Assembly (NCBI GenBank): GCA_041310825.1
Contig: JBFYWX010000535.1
Coordinates: 1-34,472, forward strand
DNA length: 34,472 bases
Source of the DNA: Desulfobacteraceae bacterium
Lineage (GTDB): Bacteria; Desulfobacterota; Desulfobacteria; Desulfobacterales; SpSt-501
Direction: 5' to 3'
This document shows, in pieces, positions 1 through 9,233 of this stretch. A program made the translations under genes and the position numbers. Each line of letters opens with the position of its first letter. Position 1 is the stretch's first letter. The notes beneath the pieces are model-generated. The model had not been told where the DNA came from. It saw only the letters and a list, made by a program, of their open reading frames with translations, and did not search any database.

Positions 1-75
1 GTGGCCGCGACAGCTCTGCGGGTACGGGAGATGACCATCATCCCCACGCTGTGTGCAACCCGCGTCCAAGCGTAA
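1..75 (+). CDS. 3' end of an unidentified CDS entering from the left window edge
   Basis: Frame 1 is open from base 1 to TAA 73-75 with mostly G/C third positions. Only 24 codons are visible (...TIIPTLCATRVQA*) and no motif was recognised. Confidence 0.25.
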   Translation: MAATALRVREMTIIPTLCATRVQA

Positions 76-190
76 AATTTTTGTCACCGTTTTGCATACA
101 AAAAAACTCATAAGAGACTAATTTTATGCGCAAAACGCCCGAAGGTCAAGGCGACGCGGATGGCCGTACCGGCGCTGACACCGCGCCGGC

Positions 191-766
191 ATGGCCTATC
201 CCGTGGGGGGTATCGACTCCGTGAACATTTATCTGATCGGCACGCGCGGTGCGGGGAAAAGTGCGGTCGGCCGGTGCTTGGCCGCGGATGGCGGCCGGCC
301 CTTCTGCGACATGGACACCGAGCTGGCGCGGCGCTTCGGGCGCAGCATCCGGGAGTTTGTCCAAACCCTGGGGTGGCCCGCGTTCCGGGCGGCGGAAAAA
401 TCCCTCCTGGCAGAGCTGGCCGCCCGGCAGGGGCTGGTCGTCTCGACCGGCGGCGGGGTGGTGCTGGAGGAAAGCAACATTGCGGGCATGCGCCGCAGCG
501 GGCAGGTGGTCTGGCTGCACGCCCGTCCGGAGACCCTGCTGACACGACTGCAGGCGGATGAGCAGACGAGCCCCCAGCGGCCCGCGCTGACCCCCGGCCT
601 GGGGCCGGGCGAGGAGATCCGACGGACGCTGGCCATGCGCGACCCGCTCTACCGGCGGGCGATGCATTGGGATGTCGACACCGAGGGGCTTTCGGTCGCA
701 GCCGTCTGCCGCATCATCCGCGAGCACCTCGAGCAGGGGGCAGGCACGGGCGAGGCCCTCCCTTGA
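191..766 (+). CDS. aroK: shikimate kinase
   Basis: 191-aa ORF with Walker A GTRGAGKS close to the N-terminus and the shikimate-binding VVSTGGGVV motif. Size is typical of AroK. GTG 221 is an alternative start. Confidence 0.9.
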   Translation: MAYPVGGIDSVNIYLIGTRGAGKSAVGRCLAADGGRPFCDMDTELARRFGRSIREFVQTLGWPAFRAAEKSLLAELAARQGLVVSTGGGVVLEESNIAGMRRSGQVVWLHARPETLLTRLQADEQTSPQRPALTPGLGPGEEIRRTLAMRDPLYRRAMHWDVDTEGLSVAAVCRIIREHLEQGAGTGEALP

Positions 767-791
767 CAACCCTCAATGCTTTCGGTAGGGT
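763..791 (+). promoter_or_regulatory. putative sigma70-type promoter for the holin-family gene / recC
   Basis: TTGACA (763-768), 17-nt spacer, TAGGGT (786-791). It overlaps the aroK stop codon. Hexamer match only. Confidence 0.3.
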
Positions 792-884
792 TTTGCCCGC
801 CGCCGCAGCGATTGCGGCGCCAGGTGCCCCGGCTCCGCCCCCGAGCCAGACCCCCGTCTTCTTTCGCTCACAGGCGCGAACAAC

Positions 885-1307
885 ATGCTCATTCGTTGGT
901 TGACCCTCACCGGTGCCATCCTGGTGTCGGCCTACCTGCTGGACGGGATCCGTGTCAGCGGGTTTTTTTCGGCGCTCTTCGCCGCCGCGGTGCTGGCGGC
1001 GCTCAACGCCTTTTTGCGCCCGTTGTTGTTCCTCCTCACCCTGCCCATCACGATTCTCACCCTGGGTCTTTTCACCCTGGTCATCAATGCCCTCATGATC
1101 AAGCTGGCCTCGGCGGTCATTCCCGGCTTCGACGTCGTCGGCTTCTGGCCGGCCGTGGCCGCGGCCCTCGTGATCAGTCTCGTGGACTGGCTGGTCAACC
1201 GGCTGATGGGCGGCGGGCGGCCGGGGCCGCCGCCGCGGCAGGGGGCCGGCGGAAGGCCGGAGACGGTCATCGACCTCACGGACCGGGGCGACAACCGCTG
1301 GGAGTAG
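885..1307 (+). CDS. phage holin family 4 / YvlD-like small integral membrane protein
   Basis: 140 aa with about four hydrophobic helices (LTLTGAILVSAYLLDGI..., LFLLTLPITILTLGLFTLVINALMI...). This pattern is typical of the Phage_holin_4_2/YvlD family. The C-terminal tail is Gly/Pro/Arg-rich. Stop is TAG 1305-1307. Confidence 0.7.
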   Translation: MLIRWLTLTGAILVSAYLLDGIRVSGFFSALFAAAVLAALNAFLRPLLFLLTLPITILTLGLFTLVINALMIKLASAVIPGFDVVGFWPAVAAALVISLVDWLVNRLMGGGRPGPPPRQGAGGRPETVIDLTDRGDNRWE

Positions 1308-1360
1308 CTGCGGCGGCGCGCGAGACCTCACGCTCTGCCCGCTCAAGGGACGATAGCCGC

Positions 1361-4300
1361 ATGGCCGGTCTCGCCATCATCACAAGCAACCGCATGGACG
1401 TCCTGATCGGGCACCTTGCGCAGCTTCTGCGCGAACCCGCCGGCCCGCCGCTCTGCCCGGAAACCATCGTGGTCCAGAGCCGGGGCATGGAGCGCTGGGT
1501 CGCGATGGAACTGGCGCGCTTGAACGGGATCAGCGCCAACCTGCGGTTTCCCTTTCCGAACGCCTTCCTGGATTCGGCCTTTCGCGTGCTTCGCCCCGAT
1601 CTTCCCGAGCGCTCGGGCTTCGAGCCGGAGCTGCTCGCATTTCGCATCATGGCCCGGATCCGGGAGCGGATCGGACAGCCGGAATTCGCCTCCCTGCAGC
1701 GGTTTCTCGACTCCGATCACCGGGCCGCGAAACTCTATCAGCTGGCCCGCAAAGTGGCCGACCTATTCGACCAGTACCTGGTGTTTCGCCCCGACATGCT
1801 GGCGCGCTGGGAGCAGGGGCGCATCGATCCGGCGGAGCGGGACTGGGAGTGGCAGGCGTTGCTCTGGCGGGACCTGGCCGGCACGGCGCCGGCCCCGCAC
1901 CGGGCCCGGCTGCGGCGGGAGCTGTTGGCCGCCCTTCGGAAGCGGGCGGAGGGGCTCTGCGCGCTACCCCCTCGGGTAAGTATCTTCGGGATCTCCTATC
2001 TGCCCCGGTTTCACCTTGAGATTTTCGCGGAGCTGGCGCGGGTGGTTCCGGTCACCCTTTTCAGTCTCAACCCCTGCCGCGAATACTGGGCCGACATCGC
2101 CTCGGAACGCGAGGCCGAGAAACGTCTGCGCCGCCCAGGCCTTCATGGGGCCGGGGCGAGCGGCCTTCACCTCGAGCCCGGCAACCGGCTGCTGGCCGCC
2201 TGGGGACGCCAGGGGCGGGATTTTCTGGATGCCGTCACGGAGAGCGGGGCCGAAACGGTGGAGCACTTCGTGGAGCCCGACCCGGGCCGCCTCATCGGCC
2301 GGGTCCAGGCCGACATTCTCAACCTCCGGGAACCGGAGCCGCTGCCCGCATGGCGGCCGGACGGCTCCCTGCAGGTGCACGCCTGCCACAGTCCCATGCG
2401 GGAAATAGAGATCCTGCACGATCAACTGCTCGCCATGTTCGAGGCCGAGCCCGGCCTGCAGCCGCGGGAGGTCATCGTCATGACCCCGGACATCGAGACC
2501 TACGCCCCGTTCATCGCGGCGGTCTTCGGCGCCCAGACCGATTCGCGCCGGCGGATCCCCTTCACGATCGCCGACCGCAGCCCGCAACGCGAGCGCCCGA
2601 GCCTGCAGGCCTTCTTCGCGCTGCTCGAGCTGCGCGACAGCCGCTTCGAGGCCGCCGACATCCTGCGCCTGCTGGAGGCCCCGTCGATCCGCGCGAAATT
2701 CGACCTGCCGGAGGCGGAGCTGCCTCGGCTGGAGGGCTGGGTCCGGCAGGCGCGGGTGTGCTGGGGCAAGGACGAGACCACGGCGCGCGAGCTGGGGCTT
2801 CCGCCGCATGCGCAGAACACGTGGCGGGCCGGGATCGAGCGTTTGCTCCTGGGCTATGCGCTGCCGCCGCGCGGCACCGAGGTGTTTCAGGGCGTGCGGG
2901 GATGCGACGCGATGGAGGGCAGCGACGTGCACGTGGTGGGGCGCTTTCTGGAATTCCTCGCGCGCCTCTTCAGCCTCGCAGACGTGCTGCGCATTCCGCA
3001 TCGGCTGGGGACCTGGCGGGATGTTTTGCAGGCCGCGGCCGTCGAGTTCTTCCCGGAGGATGAGGCGGGGGAGGGGGGCCTGGCCGCCATGCACGGCCTG
3101 CTGGGGGAATTGGCGCAGATGGAGGCCGCCGCCGGCTTCACGGCCGAGGTGCCGATCGAGGTCGTGCGCGCCTTCCTTTCGTCCCGGCTCGAGGCCGCCG
3201 GCGCCGGCCGGGGATTTCTATCGGGCGGAGTCACCTTCTGCGCCATGCTGCCGATGCGGACGATCCCCTTCGAGGTCGTCTGCCTGATCGGGATGAACCA
3301 CGACGCCTTCCCGCGCGACGACCCGCGGATCACCTTCGACCTGATGGGACAATCGCCGCGGCCCGGCGACCGCTCGCGCCGAAATGACGATAAGTATCTT
3401 TTTTTAGAGTCAGTTATGGCCTCTCGCCGCAGGTTTTACATCAGCTATGTCGGCCAGAGCATTCAGGACAACAGCCCGATACCCCCGTCCGTCGTGGTCA
3501 GTGATCTCCTGGACGCACTGGGTCGCAGCTACGGCATTCCCCTGGAGCAAGGCGTCGTCGTGCGCCACCGGCTGCAGGCCTTCTCCTCGGACTATTTTCG
3601 CGGCGACTCCGGGCTTTTCAGCTATTCCCGCGAAAATGCCGACACCTGCGCCGCCGGCCGCGTGCGCCGGCCGCCGCCGGCGTTCTTCCCGGAACCGGTC
3701 CCGCTGAGCGCGGCGGAGCAGGAGACCTGGGGCCGGCCGGACCTGCGGCGGCTCGCCAGCTTTTTCGCCAACCCCTGCAAATGCCTGCTGCGCGATCGGC
3801 TGGGGATCCACCTCGACCCGCTGGAAGCCGACGCCGCGGACCATGAACCGTTCGCGCTCGAGGGGCTCGACCGCTTCGGAGCAGGGCGGAGGCTCCTGGA
3901 GCACCGGCTGGAGGGGGGGGCGCCCGCGGCGGTCTTCGCGGAGCTTAAGGCCGCCGGCCGGCTGCCGCACGCCGCCGCGGGCGAAGTGGCCTTCCAGGAC
4001 CTCTGGGGCGAGGTGGACCGGCTCGCCCGGCGGCTCGAGCCTTTTCTGGCAAGCGCTCCTGAACGGGTGCTGGAGGGGCGCTGGGAGCTGGCCGGGGTCG
4101 AGCTCTGCGCGCGTTTGACCCGCATCCGCGCCAACGGCTGCCTGGGCTTCCGGTTCGGTCGGTTGAGGGCGCGGGACGTGGTCGACCTCTGGCTCGAGCA
4201 CCTGGTGCTGTGCATGGCCGAACCCCTCGCCTCCCATCCGGAAAGCCGCATGGTCTGCAGCGACCAGACCCTGCACCTGGCCCCGGTGGCGGAGAGCCGG

Positions 4301-4591
4301 CCCCTGCTGGAGGATCTCATCGACCTCTACCGCCGAGGAATCGAGGCTCCCCTCTGGTTGTTCCCGGAGTCCTCCCTGGCCTACGCCCGCGGCCTGCGTG
4401 AATCCGAAGCCAAGGCCCTTTCCGCGGCGCACAAGGCCTGGGAGCGCAACGACCCGTACCGCGGGGAGGGGCTCGACCCCTATTACCAACGCTGTTTCGA
4501 GACGGACGACCCGCTGCGGGACGCGTTCGTGGCAACCAGCCGGCGGGTGTTCGATCCGATCCTCGACCGGGCCACCTTCGAAAGCACGTGA
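1361..4591 (+). CDS. recC: exodeoxyribonuclease V gamma subunit RecC
   Basis: The track ORF is 776..4591, but RecC-like sequence begins at MAGLAIITSNRMDVL...IVVQSRGMERWVAMELA (ATG 1361, AAGGGA about 10 nt upstream). This gives 1076 aa. The conserved RRNDDKYLFLE motif is present. Confidence 0.93.
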   Translation: MAGLAIITSNRMDVLIGHLAQLLREPAGPPLCPETIVVQSRGMERWVAMELARLNGISANLRFPFPNAFLDSAFRVLRPDLPERSGFEPELLAFRIMARIRERIGQPEFASLQRFLDSDHRAAKLYQLARKVADLFDQYLVFRPDMLARWEQGRIDPAERDWEWQALLWRDLAGTAPAPHRARLRRELLAALRKRAEGLCALPPRVSIFGISYLPRFHLEIFAELARVVPVTLFSLNPCREYWADIASEREAEKRLRRPGLHGAGASGLHLEPGNRLLAAWGRQGRDFLDAVTESGAETVEHFVEPDPGRLIGRVQADILNLREPEPLPAWRPDGSLQVHACHSPMREIEILHDQLLAMFEAEPGLQPREVIVMTPDIETYAPFIAAVFGAQTDSRRRIPFTIADRSPQRERPSLQAFFALLELRDSRFEAADILRLLEAPSIRAKFDLPEAELPRLEGWVRQARVCWGKDETTARELGLPPHAQNTWRAGIERLLLGYALPPRGTEVFQGVRGCDAMEGSDVHVVGRFLEFLARLFSLADVLRIPHRLGTWRDVLQAAAVEFFPEDEAGEGGLAAMHGLLGELAQMEAAAGFTAEVPIEVVRAFLSSRLEAAGAGRGFLSGGVTFCAMLPMRTIPFEVVCLIGMNHDAFPRDDPRITFDLMGQSPRPGDRSRRNDDKYLFLESVMASRRRFYISYVGQSIQDNSPIPPSVVVSDLLDALGRSYGIPLEQGVVVRHRLQAFSSDYFRGDSGLFSYSRENADTCAAGRVRRPPPAFFPEPVPLSAAEQETWGRPDLRRLASFFANPCKCLLRDRLGIHLDPLEADAADHEPFALEGLDRFGAGRRLLEHRLEGGAPAAVFAELKAAGRLPHAAAGEVAFQDLWGEVDRLARRLEPFLASAPERVLEGRWELAGVELCARLTRIRANGCLGFRFGRLRARDVVDLWLEHLVLCMAEPLASHPESRMVCSDQTLHLAPVAESRPLLEDLIDLYRRGIEAPLWLFPESSLAYARGLRESEAKALSAAHKAWERNDPYRGEGLDPYYQRCFETDDPLRDAFVATSRRVFDPILDRATFEST

Positions 4592-5368
4592 CGATGGACC
4601 TCCATCCGATCATCGAAATTCTGAAAAACGCCCCGGAAGCGGCCGGTCTGAAGGTCGGCGACCTTCTGCGGGTCAAGGTGCTGGCGGTAGAGGAGAGCAC
4701 CGGCCGCGCCCTGGTGGAGATCGGCCGGTTGCGCGCGAGCGCGGAGGTCCGTTTCCCCGTGGCGCCGGGCGAGGAGTTCTGGGTGCGGGTGACGGAGACG
4801 GAAAACCGCCTCGGCCTGCAGCTGGTCCGCAAGCCGGCCGGCCGGGAAGGGCCATCCGGCGCGCCTCCTGACCCGTTGCAACCGCTGGGGCACCGGCCAC
4901 CGGCTGCCGGACACGCTGGGTCCCGCCGAACGCCGGGCGCTCGCCGCGGCGCCTTCCGGCGCCGAACCGCGGCCGGTCGCCGCCTCCGAGGCCCTGCAGG
5001 TGCTGCACTTCGCCCTGCCGGCGCCCGAGGGGCGCCCGGCCGGGACGCTCAAAGTGGCCTACCGGGCGCGCCGGTCGGAGAAACCGGACGAAAGCCACCA
5101 GGTGTCCCTCCTGCTCACCCTCGACCGGCTGGGCCCGGTGCGCGCCGACCTGCTGCAGATCGAGCGCCGTCTGCACGTCGCCGTCTTCGTGTCCGACCCA
5201 GGGACCCGCGCGTATGTCGAGCGCCACTTGGCCGATGTGAAGGAAACTCTGTCGGGATTCTTCGACGAGGTCGGGTTCCAGGTCACCGTGTCGCCGGCCC
5301 GCATCGCCCGATTTGCGCTCGAAGAGCTGCGCCCGGCCGGAGAGGGGAGGGTGGATCTGCGCGTATGA
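4588..5368 (+). pseudogene. FliK-like (flagellar hook-length control, Flg_hook C-terminal domain) protein, disrupted by a +1 frameshift at an exact 7-bp tandem duplication
   Basis: The N-terminal 100 codons are in frame 1 (GTG 4588 or ATG 4594; LKVGDLLRVKVLAVEES...). The C-terminal part is in frame 2 (open 4793-5368) and carries the Flg_hook-like SLLLTLDRLGPVRADLLQIERRLHVAVFVSDPGTRAYVERHLADVKETL. Deleting one CACCGGC copy (4891-4904) fuses both parts into a 257-aa ORF. Confidence 0.6.
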
Positions 5369-5631
5369 AACCGGAGGAGCCGAAAAAGGCGGTTGCCCTG
5401 CGCTATGACCCCGCACGTGAGGATGCCCCGCGGGTGGTGGCCACCGGCCGCGCAATGGCGGCCGAGAACATTATCGCCACGGCCCGCGCGTGCGGGGTCC
5501 CACTGCACGCGGACCCCGCCCTGGCCGACACCCTGGCCGCTCTCGACCTCGACTGCCGGATCCCGCCCGATCTCTACCGCGCCGTAGCGGAAGTGCTGGC
5601 CTTTCTCTACCGGTTGAACGGAAAGCGCTGA
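5365..5631 (+). CDS. FlhB C-terminal-domain-like protein (EscU/YscU/HrcU switch family, stand-alone YlqH-like form)
   Basis: 88 aa: AVALRYDP..APRVVATGRAMAAENIIATARACGVPLHADPALADTLAAL..IPPDLYRAVAEVLAFLY. This matches the post-cleavage FlhB-CC fold and has no NPTH site. ATG 5365 overlaps the upstream stop (ATGA). Confidence 0.8.
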   Translation: MKPEEPKKAVALRYDPAREDAPRVVATGRAMAAENIIATARACGVPLHADPALADTLAALDLDCRIPPDLYRAVAEVLAFLYRLNGKR

Positions 5632-5633
5632 GC

Positions 5634-8600
5634 GTGGCGACCCTCTTCGACCCCATCCACACCCCCCTGGAGGGCACCTGCCTGATCGAAGCCGCGGCCG
5701 GGACCGGCAAGACCTACACCATCGAGGGGTTGTACCTGCGTCTGGTGCTGGAGGTCGGCCTGCCGGTCGAGGAGATCCTGGTGGTAACCTTCACCCGGGC
5801 GGCCACTGCCGAACTGCGGGACCGGATCTACCGCCGTCTGGTCGCGGTCCGCGAGGTGCTGGCGGGCGCTGCGGCCGGCGACGATGACCTGCTGGGGCAC
5901 ATCGCCTCCGGCCACCCGCGGCCGGAGGCGGCGCGTCGGCTCCTGCGCGCGGCGCTGGCGGATTTCGACCGGGCCGCCATTTTCACGATCCACGGGTTCT
6001 GCCAGCGGGTGCTGCACGAGAATGCTTTCGAGACCGCCACCCCGTTCAGCGCCGAAATGCTCCAGGACCAGGAGCGGATCCTGACCCAGGTGGTGGAGGA
6101 CTTCTGGCGCCTGCAGGTGGCGGGCGCCCCGCCGGAGTTCATCCGCTTCGCGCGGGCGGCGCTGGGCACCCCCGACGCGCTGCGCCCGCTGGCGCACGCC
6201 GCGACGCGCGCCGAGGTGGCCGTCACCCCGTCCGCCGCAGGCCCCGGCCTCAGCGAGCGCACCTTCGACGACTTCCGTCGCCGCGTGCGCGTGCTGCGCG
6301 CGCTCTGGCCGGGCGGAAAGGAGATCTGCCGCGACATGTTGCTCGCCGCCGGAATAAACGCGACGGTCTACGGCGCCGCGGTGCGCAAGGGAGAGGAGGG
6401 CCCCTCCGGCCGCGAACGCAAGATACAGCGCTTTTTCGATCTGCTGGACGCTTACACCGCCGGAACGCTCCCGGACTACCCGCCGGTGGCGCCCGTCGAG
6501 CGCCTGGCCGCCGCGACGCTCGCCCGGTACACCCTCGCACGGCGCCACCCCCCGGCGCACCCGGTGTTCGACGCCTGCGAGGCGCTGCACCGGACGAAAG
6601 AGGCGCTGGAGCGGGAGATGGGTGCCCACCTGGTCCACTTGAAGTCGAGCCTGCTCGCCTTCGTGCCGGCGGAGCTCGAGCGGCGCAAGGCGGAAAGAGG
6701 CCTCGTCTCCTTCGACGACCTGCTGCGGCGGGTGGACCGGGCGCTCGCGGGGCGCGCCGGCGGCGGCCTGGCTAAAGCCGTCCGCCACCGCTACCGGGCC
6801 GCCTTGGTCGATGAATTCCAGGACACCGACGAGCTCCAGTACCGCGTGTTTTCACGGCTCTTCGGCGTCCCGGGGCGGCTGCTCTTCATGATCGGAGACC
6901 CCAAGCAGGCGATCTACGGCTTCCGCGGGGCCGACATTTTCTCCTACCTGCGGGCGGCCCGCGACGCCGACGCCCGCTTCACCCTGACCACGAACTGGCG
7001 CTCGGCCCCCGGGCTGGTCGGTGCGGTGAACACCCTGTTCTCGCGCGTCTCCGCCCCGTTTCTCTTTCGAGACATCGAATTCATCCCCGGGCGGGCGGCC
7101 GCGCCGCAGCCCGCCCGCGCAGCCCCGGCGCTGGAGATCTGGTATCTGGGGGCGCGGCGGCACCGGCCGGACGGAAACACCCTGACCAAACCGGTGGCGC
7201 GCCGGCTGATCGCCCGCGCAGTGACCGCCGACATCCGGGAAAAGGTCGCCCGCGGGGAGCTCGCGGGCCGCACCGGGGAGATCGCCGTGCTCGTGCGCAC
7301 CAACCAGGAGGCACGCCTGATGAAGGCGCACCTCGCCGGCGCCGGGATCCCGTCGGTCCTCTACAGCACGGCCAACGTCTTCGACGCCCCGGAGGCGCTG
7401 GAGCTTCTCGCCGTGTTGAAGGCGGTGGCCGAGCCCCAGCACGCGATCCGGCTCAAATCCGCCCTGGCCTCCCGCCTCCTGGGGGAGAACGCCGCCGGAA
7501 TCGCGGCCGGGGAAAGCCTGCCGGGAGTCTGGGAGGAGCGCATCCGGCGGCATTGGGGCTATCTCAACCTCTGGAACGAGAGGGGGTTCATGCCGATGTT
7601 CCGCCGGCTCCTCGCCGGGGAGGCGGTGCGCGAGCGGCTGATCGGCTTCCCGGACGGCGAACGGCGACTGACCAACCTGCTGCACGTGGGCGAGTTGCTC
7701 CACCGGACGGCGGGAGAGAACCACCTGGGGGTCGCCGGAATCGTCAAGTGGCTGACCTCCCAACTCCGCCCCGGGGCCGACCGCTCCGAGGAGAACCAGC
7801 TCCGGCTCGAGAGCGACGAGCGGGCGGTCAAGATTGTCACCATCCATCGCAGCAAGGGCCTGGAATACCCCGTGGTCTACTGCCCCTTCACCTGGTCCGC
7901 CTCCGCGGCGGAGGACAGGGATTTCTTTTTTCACGACCCGGGTGCGGACTTTCGCCTGACCGTCGATTTGAGCGGGGAGCGCGACACGCCGAACCGGCGC
8001 TTGGCCCGCCACGAGGCCTTGGCCGAAAACCTGAGAATGCTCTACGTCGCCCTGACGCGGGCCCGGGAGCACTGCACGCTAGTGTGGGGCCGGATCAACA
8101 CGGCGGACACCTCCGCCCTGGCCTACCTGCTGCGCACAGGGGAGGCCGACGCAACGCAGGCCGAGGCCGACTGGGTCGCTTTTCTGAAAGCCGCCTTCAA
8201 GAACACCGGCGACGACGAGTGGCAGGACCGTCTGAATTCCCTGGCGGCCGCCTCCGGCGGAACGATCCGGGTGCGGTCCCTGCCGGAGTCCCCCGCCGAA
8301 GCCCTGCCGGAGGCGCGGCCGGCCGAGGAGACCCCGGCCGGCCGCGAGTTCCGGGGGCACGTGGATTCGAGCTGGGGCGTCACGAGCTACTCCGGCCTGG
8401 CGGCCGGCGGGCCCGGGGCGGCCGACCGCGAAGACCCCTACCTGCCTGGAAATGGCGTCCCGCCCGATCGAGGCGAGGCGGGCGAGGGGGAGGGGGGGCT
8501 CCACGATTTTCCCGCCGGCGCCCGCACCGGCCTCTTTTTCCACTCCCTTCTGGAGGCGATCGATTTCACGACCTCCGAGCCCGCGACCCTCGCGGCGCGG

Positions 8601-9233
8601 AAGCTGGCCGAGTTCGGGTTTGACCGCTCCTGGGCCGAGCCGGTCAGCGCCATGATCGCGGAGCTCGCTGCCGTCCCGCTGCTGCCCGGGGAGCACCCGC
8701 CGCGCTTTTCCGAAGTCGGCCGCGAGCGCTGCGTCACGGAGATGGAGTTCTACTTCCCGCTCAACCGGGTATCGCCCGCACTCCTCGAGGAGGTGCTCGC
8801 CCCGATGGGGCCGCCGCTCGAGGTGGCGGGTCAGGCCGAGGAGCCGCCCGCGCTCACCTTTGCCCCCACCCACGGCTTCCTGCGCGGGTTCATCGACCTC
8901 GTCTGCGAGCATCGCGGCCGCTACTACCTGGTGGATTGGAAATCCAACCGGCTCGGTCCGGGGCTCGAAGACTACCGCAGCGAACGTCTGCATCAGGCGA
9001 TGCGCGCGCACAGATACGATCTCCAGCTTCAGCTCTACAGCCTGGCGCTGCACCGGCTGCTGCGGCAGCGGGTGGCGGGTTACACCTATGAGCGACACTT
9101 CGGGGGGGCGATCTACATCTTCCTGCGCGGGGTGCGCCGCACCCTCGGCCCGGCATACGGCATCTTCGCATTCCGGCCGCAGCGCGGTTGCATCGAGCGG
9201 CTGGAAAAGGCGCTGATACCCGACCATGACTGA
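5634..9233 (+). CDS. recB: exodeoxyribonuclease V beta subunit RecB (helicase-nuclease)
   Basis: GTG 5634 lies 2 nt after the FlhB-like stop. Motifs: Walker A EAAAGTGKT, motif II VDEFQDTD, C-terminal nuclease GFIDLV...DWKSN and QLQLYSLAL. Length 1199 aa. Confidence 0.93.
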   Translation: MATLFDPIHTPLEGTCLIEAAAGTGKTYTIEGLYLRLVLEVGLPVEEILVVTFTRAATAELRDRIYRRLVAVREVLAGAAAGDDDLLGHIASGHPRPEAARRLLRAALADFDRAAIFTIHGFCQRVLHENAFETATPFSAEMLQDQERILTQVVEDFWRLQVAGAPPEFIRFARAALGTPDALRPLAHAATRAEVAVTPSAAGPGLSERTFDDFRRRVRVLRALWPGGKEICRDMLLAAGINATVYGAAVRKGEEGPSGRERKIQRFFDLLDAYTAGTLPDYPPVAPVERLAAATLARYTLARRHPPAHPVFDACEALHRTKEALEREMGAHLVHLKSSLLAFVPAELERRKAERGLVSFDDLLRRVDRALAGRAGGGLAKAVRHRYRAALVDEFQDTDELQYRVFSRLFGVPGRLLFMIGDPKQAIYGFRGADIFSYLRAARDADARFTLTTNWRSAPGLVGAVNTLFSRVSAPFLFRDIEFIPGRAAAPQPARAAPALEIWYLGARRHRPDGNTLTKPVARRLIARAVTADIREKVARGELAGRTGEIAVLVRTNQEARLMKAHLAGAGIPSVLYSTANVFDAPEALELLAVLKAVAEPQHAIRLKSALASRLLGENAAGIAAGESLPGVWEERIRRHWGYLNLWNERGFMPMFRRLLAGEAVRERLIGFPDGERRLTNLLHVGELLHRTAGENHLGVAGIVKWLTSQLRPGADRSEENQLRLESDERAVKIVTIHRSKGLEYPVVYCPFTWSASAAEDRDFFFHDPGADFRLTVDLSGERDTPNRRLARHEALAENLRMLYVALTRAREHCTLVWGRINTADTSALAYLLRTGEADATQAEADWVAFLKAAFKNTGDDEWQDRLNSLAAASGGTIRVRSLPESPAEALPEARPAEETPAGREFRGHVDSSWGVTSYSGLAAGGPGAADREDPYLPGNGVPPDRGEAGEGEGGLHDFPAGARTGLFFHSLLEAIDFTTSEPATLAARKLAEFGFDRSWAEPVSAMIAELAAVPLLPGEHPPRFSEVGRERCVTEMEFYFPLNRVSPALLEEVLAPMGPPLEVAGQAEEPPALTFAPTHGFLRGFIDLVCEHRGRYYLVDWKSNRLGPGLEDYRSERLHQAMRAHRYDLQLQLYSLALHRLLRQRVAGYTYERHFGGAIYIFLRGVRRTLGPAYGIFAFRPQRGCIERLEKALIPDHD

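Noticed and set aside
84-100. Sigma-54-like element TGTCAC-N-TTGCA upstream of aroK
   Set aside because: The invariant GG of the -24 box is GT. The GG-to-GC spacing is also one nucleotide short of the TGGCAC-N5-TTGC consensus.
776-1360. N-terminal 195-codon extension of the recC ORF (track ORF 776..4591)
   Set aside because: The extension is Arg/Pro/Gly-rich and has no RecC similarity. It overlaps the well-formed holin-family gene in another frame. RecC homology starts at ATG 1361.
4905-5364. Middle part of the 347-aa frame-1 ORF (4588..5631) read as a single gene
   Set aside because: After the 7-bp duplication, frame 1 yields RRTPGARRGAFRRRTAAGRRLRGPAG-type sequence. Frame 2 encodes a recognisable Flg_hook domain. 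The FlhB-like part has its own ATG at 5365.
5490-5633. N-terminal extension of the recB ORF
   Set aside because: It overlaps the FlhB-like gene out of frame and is Arg/Pro-rich. RecB similarity begins at GTG 5634 (VATLFDP...EAAAGTGKT).
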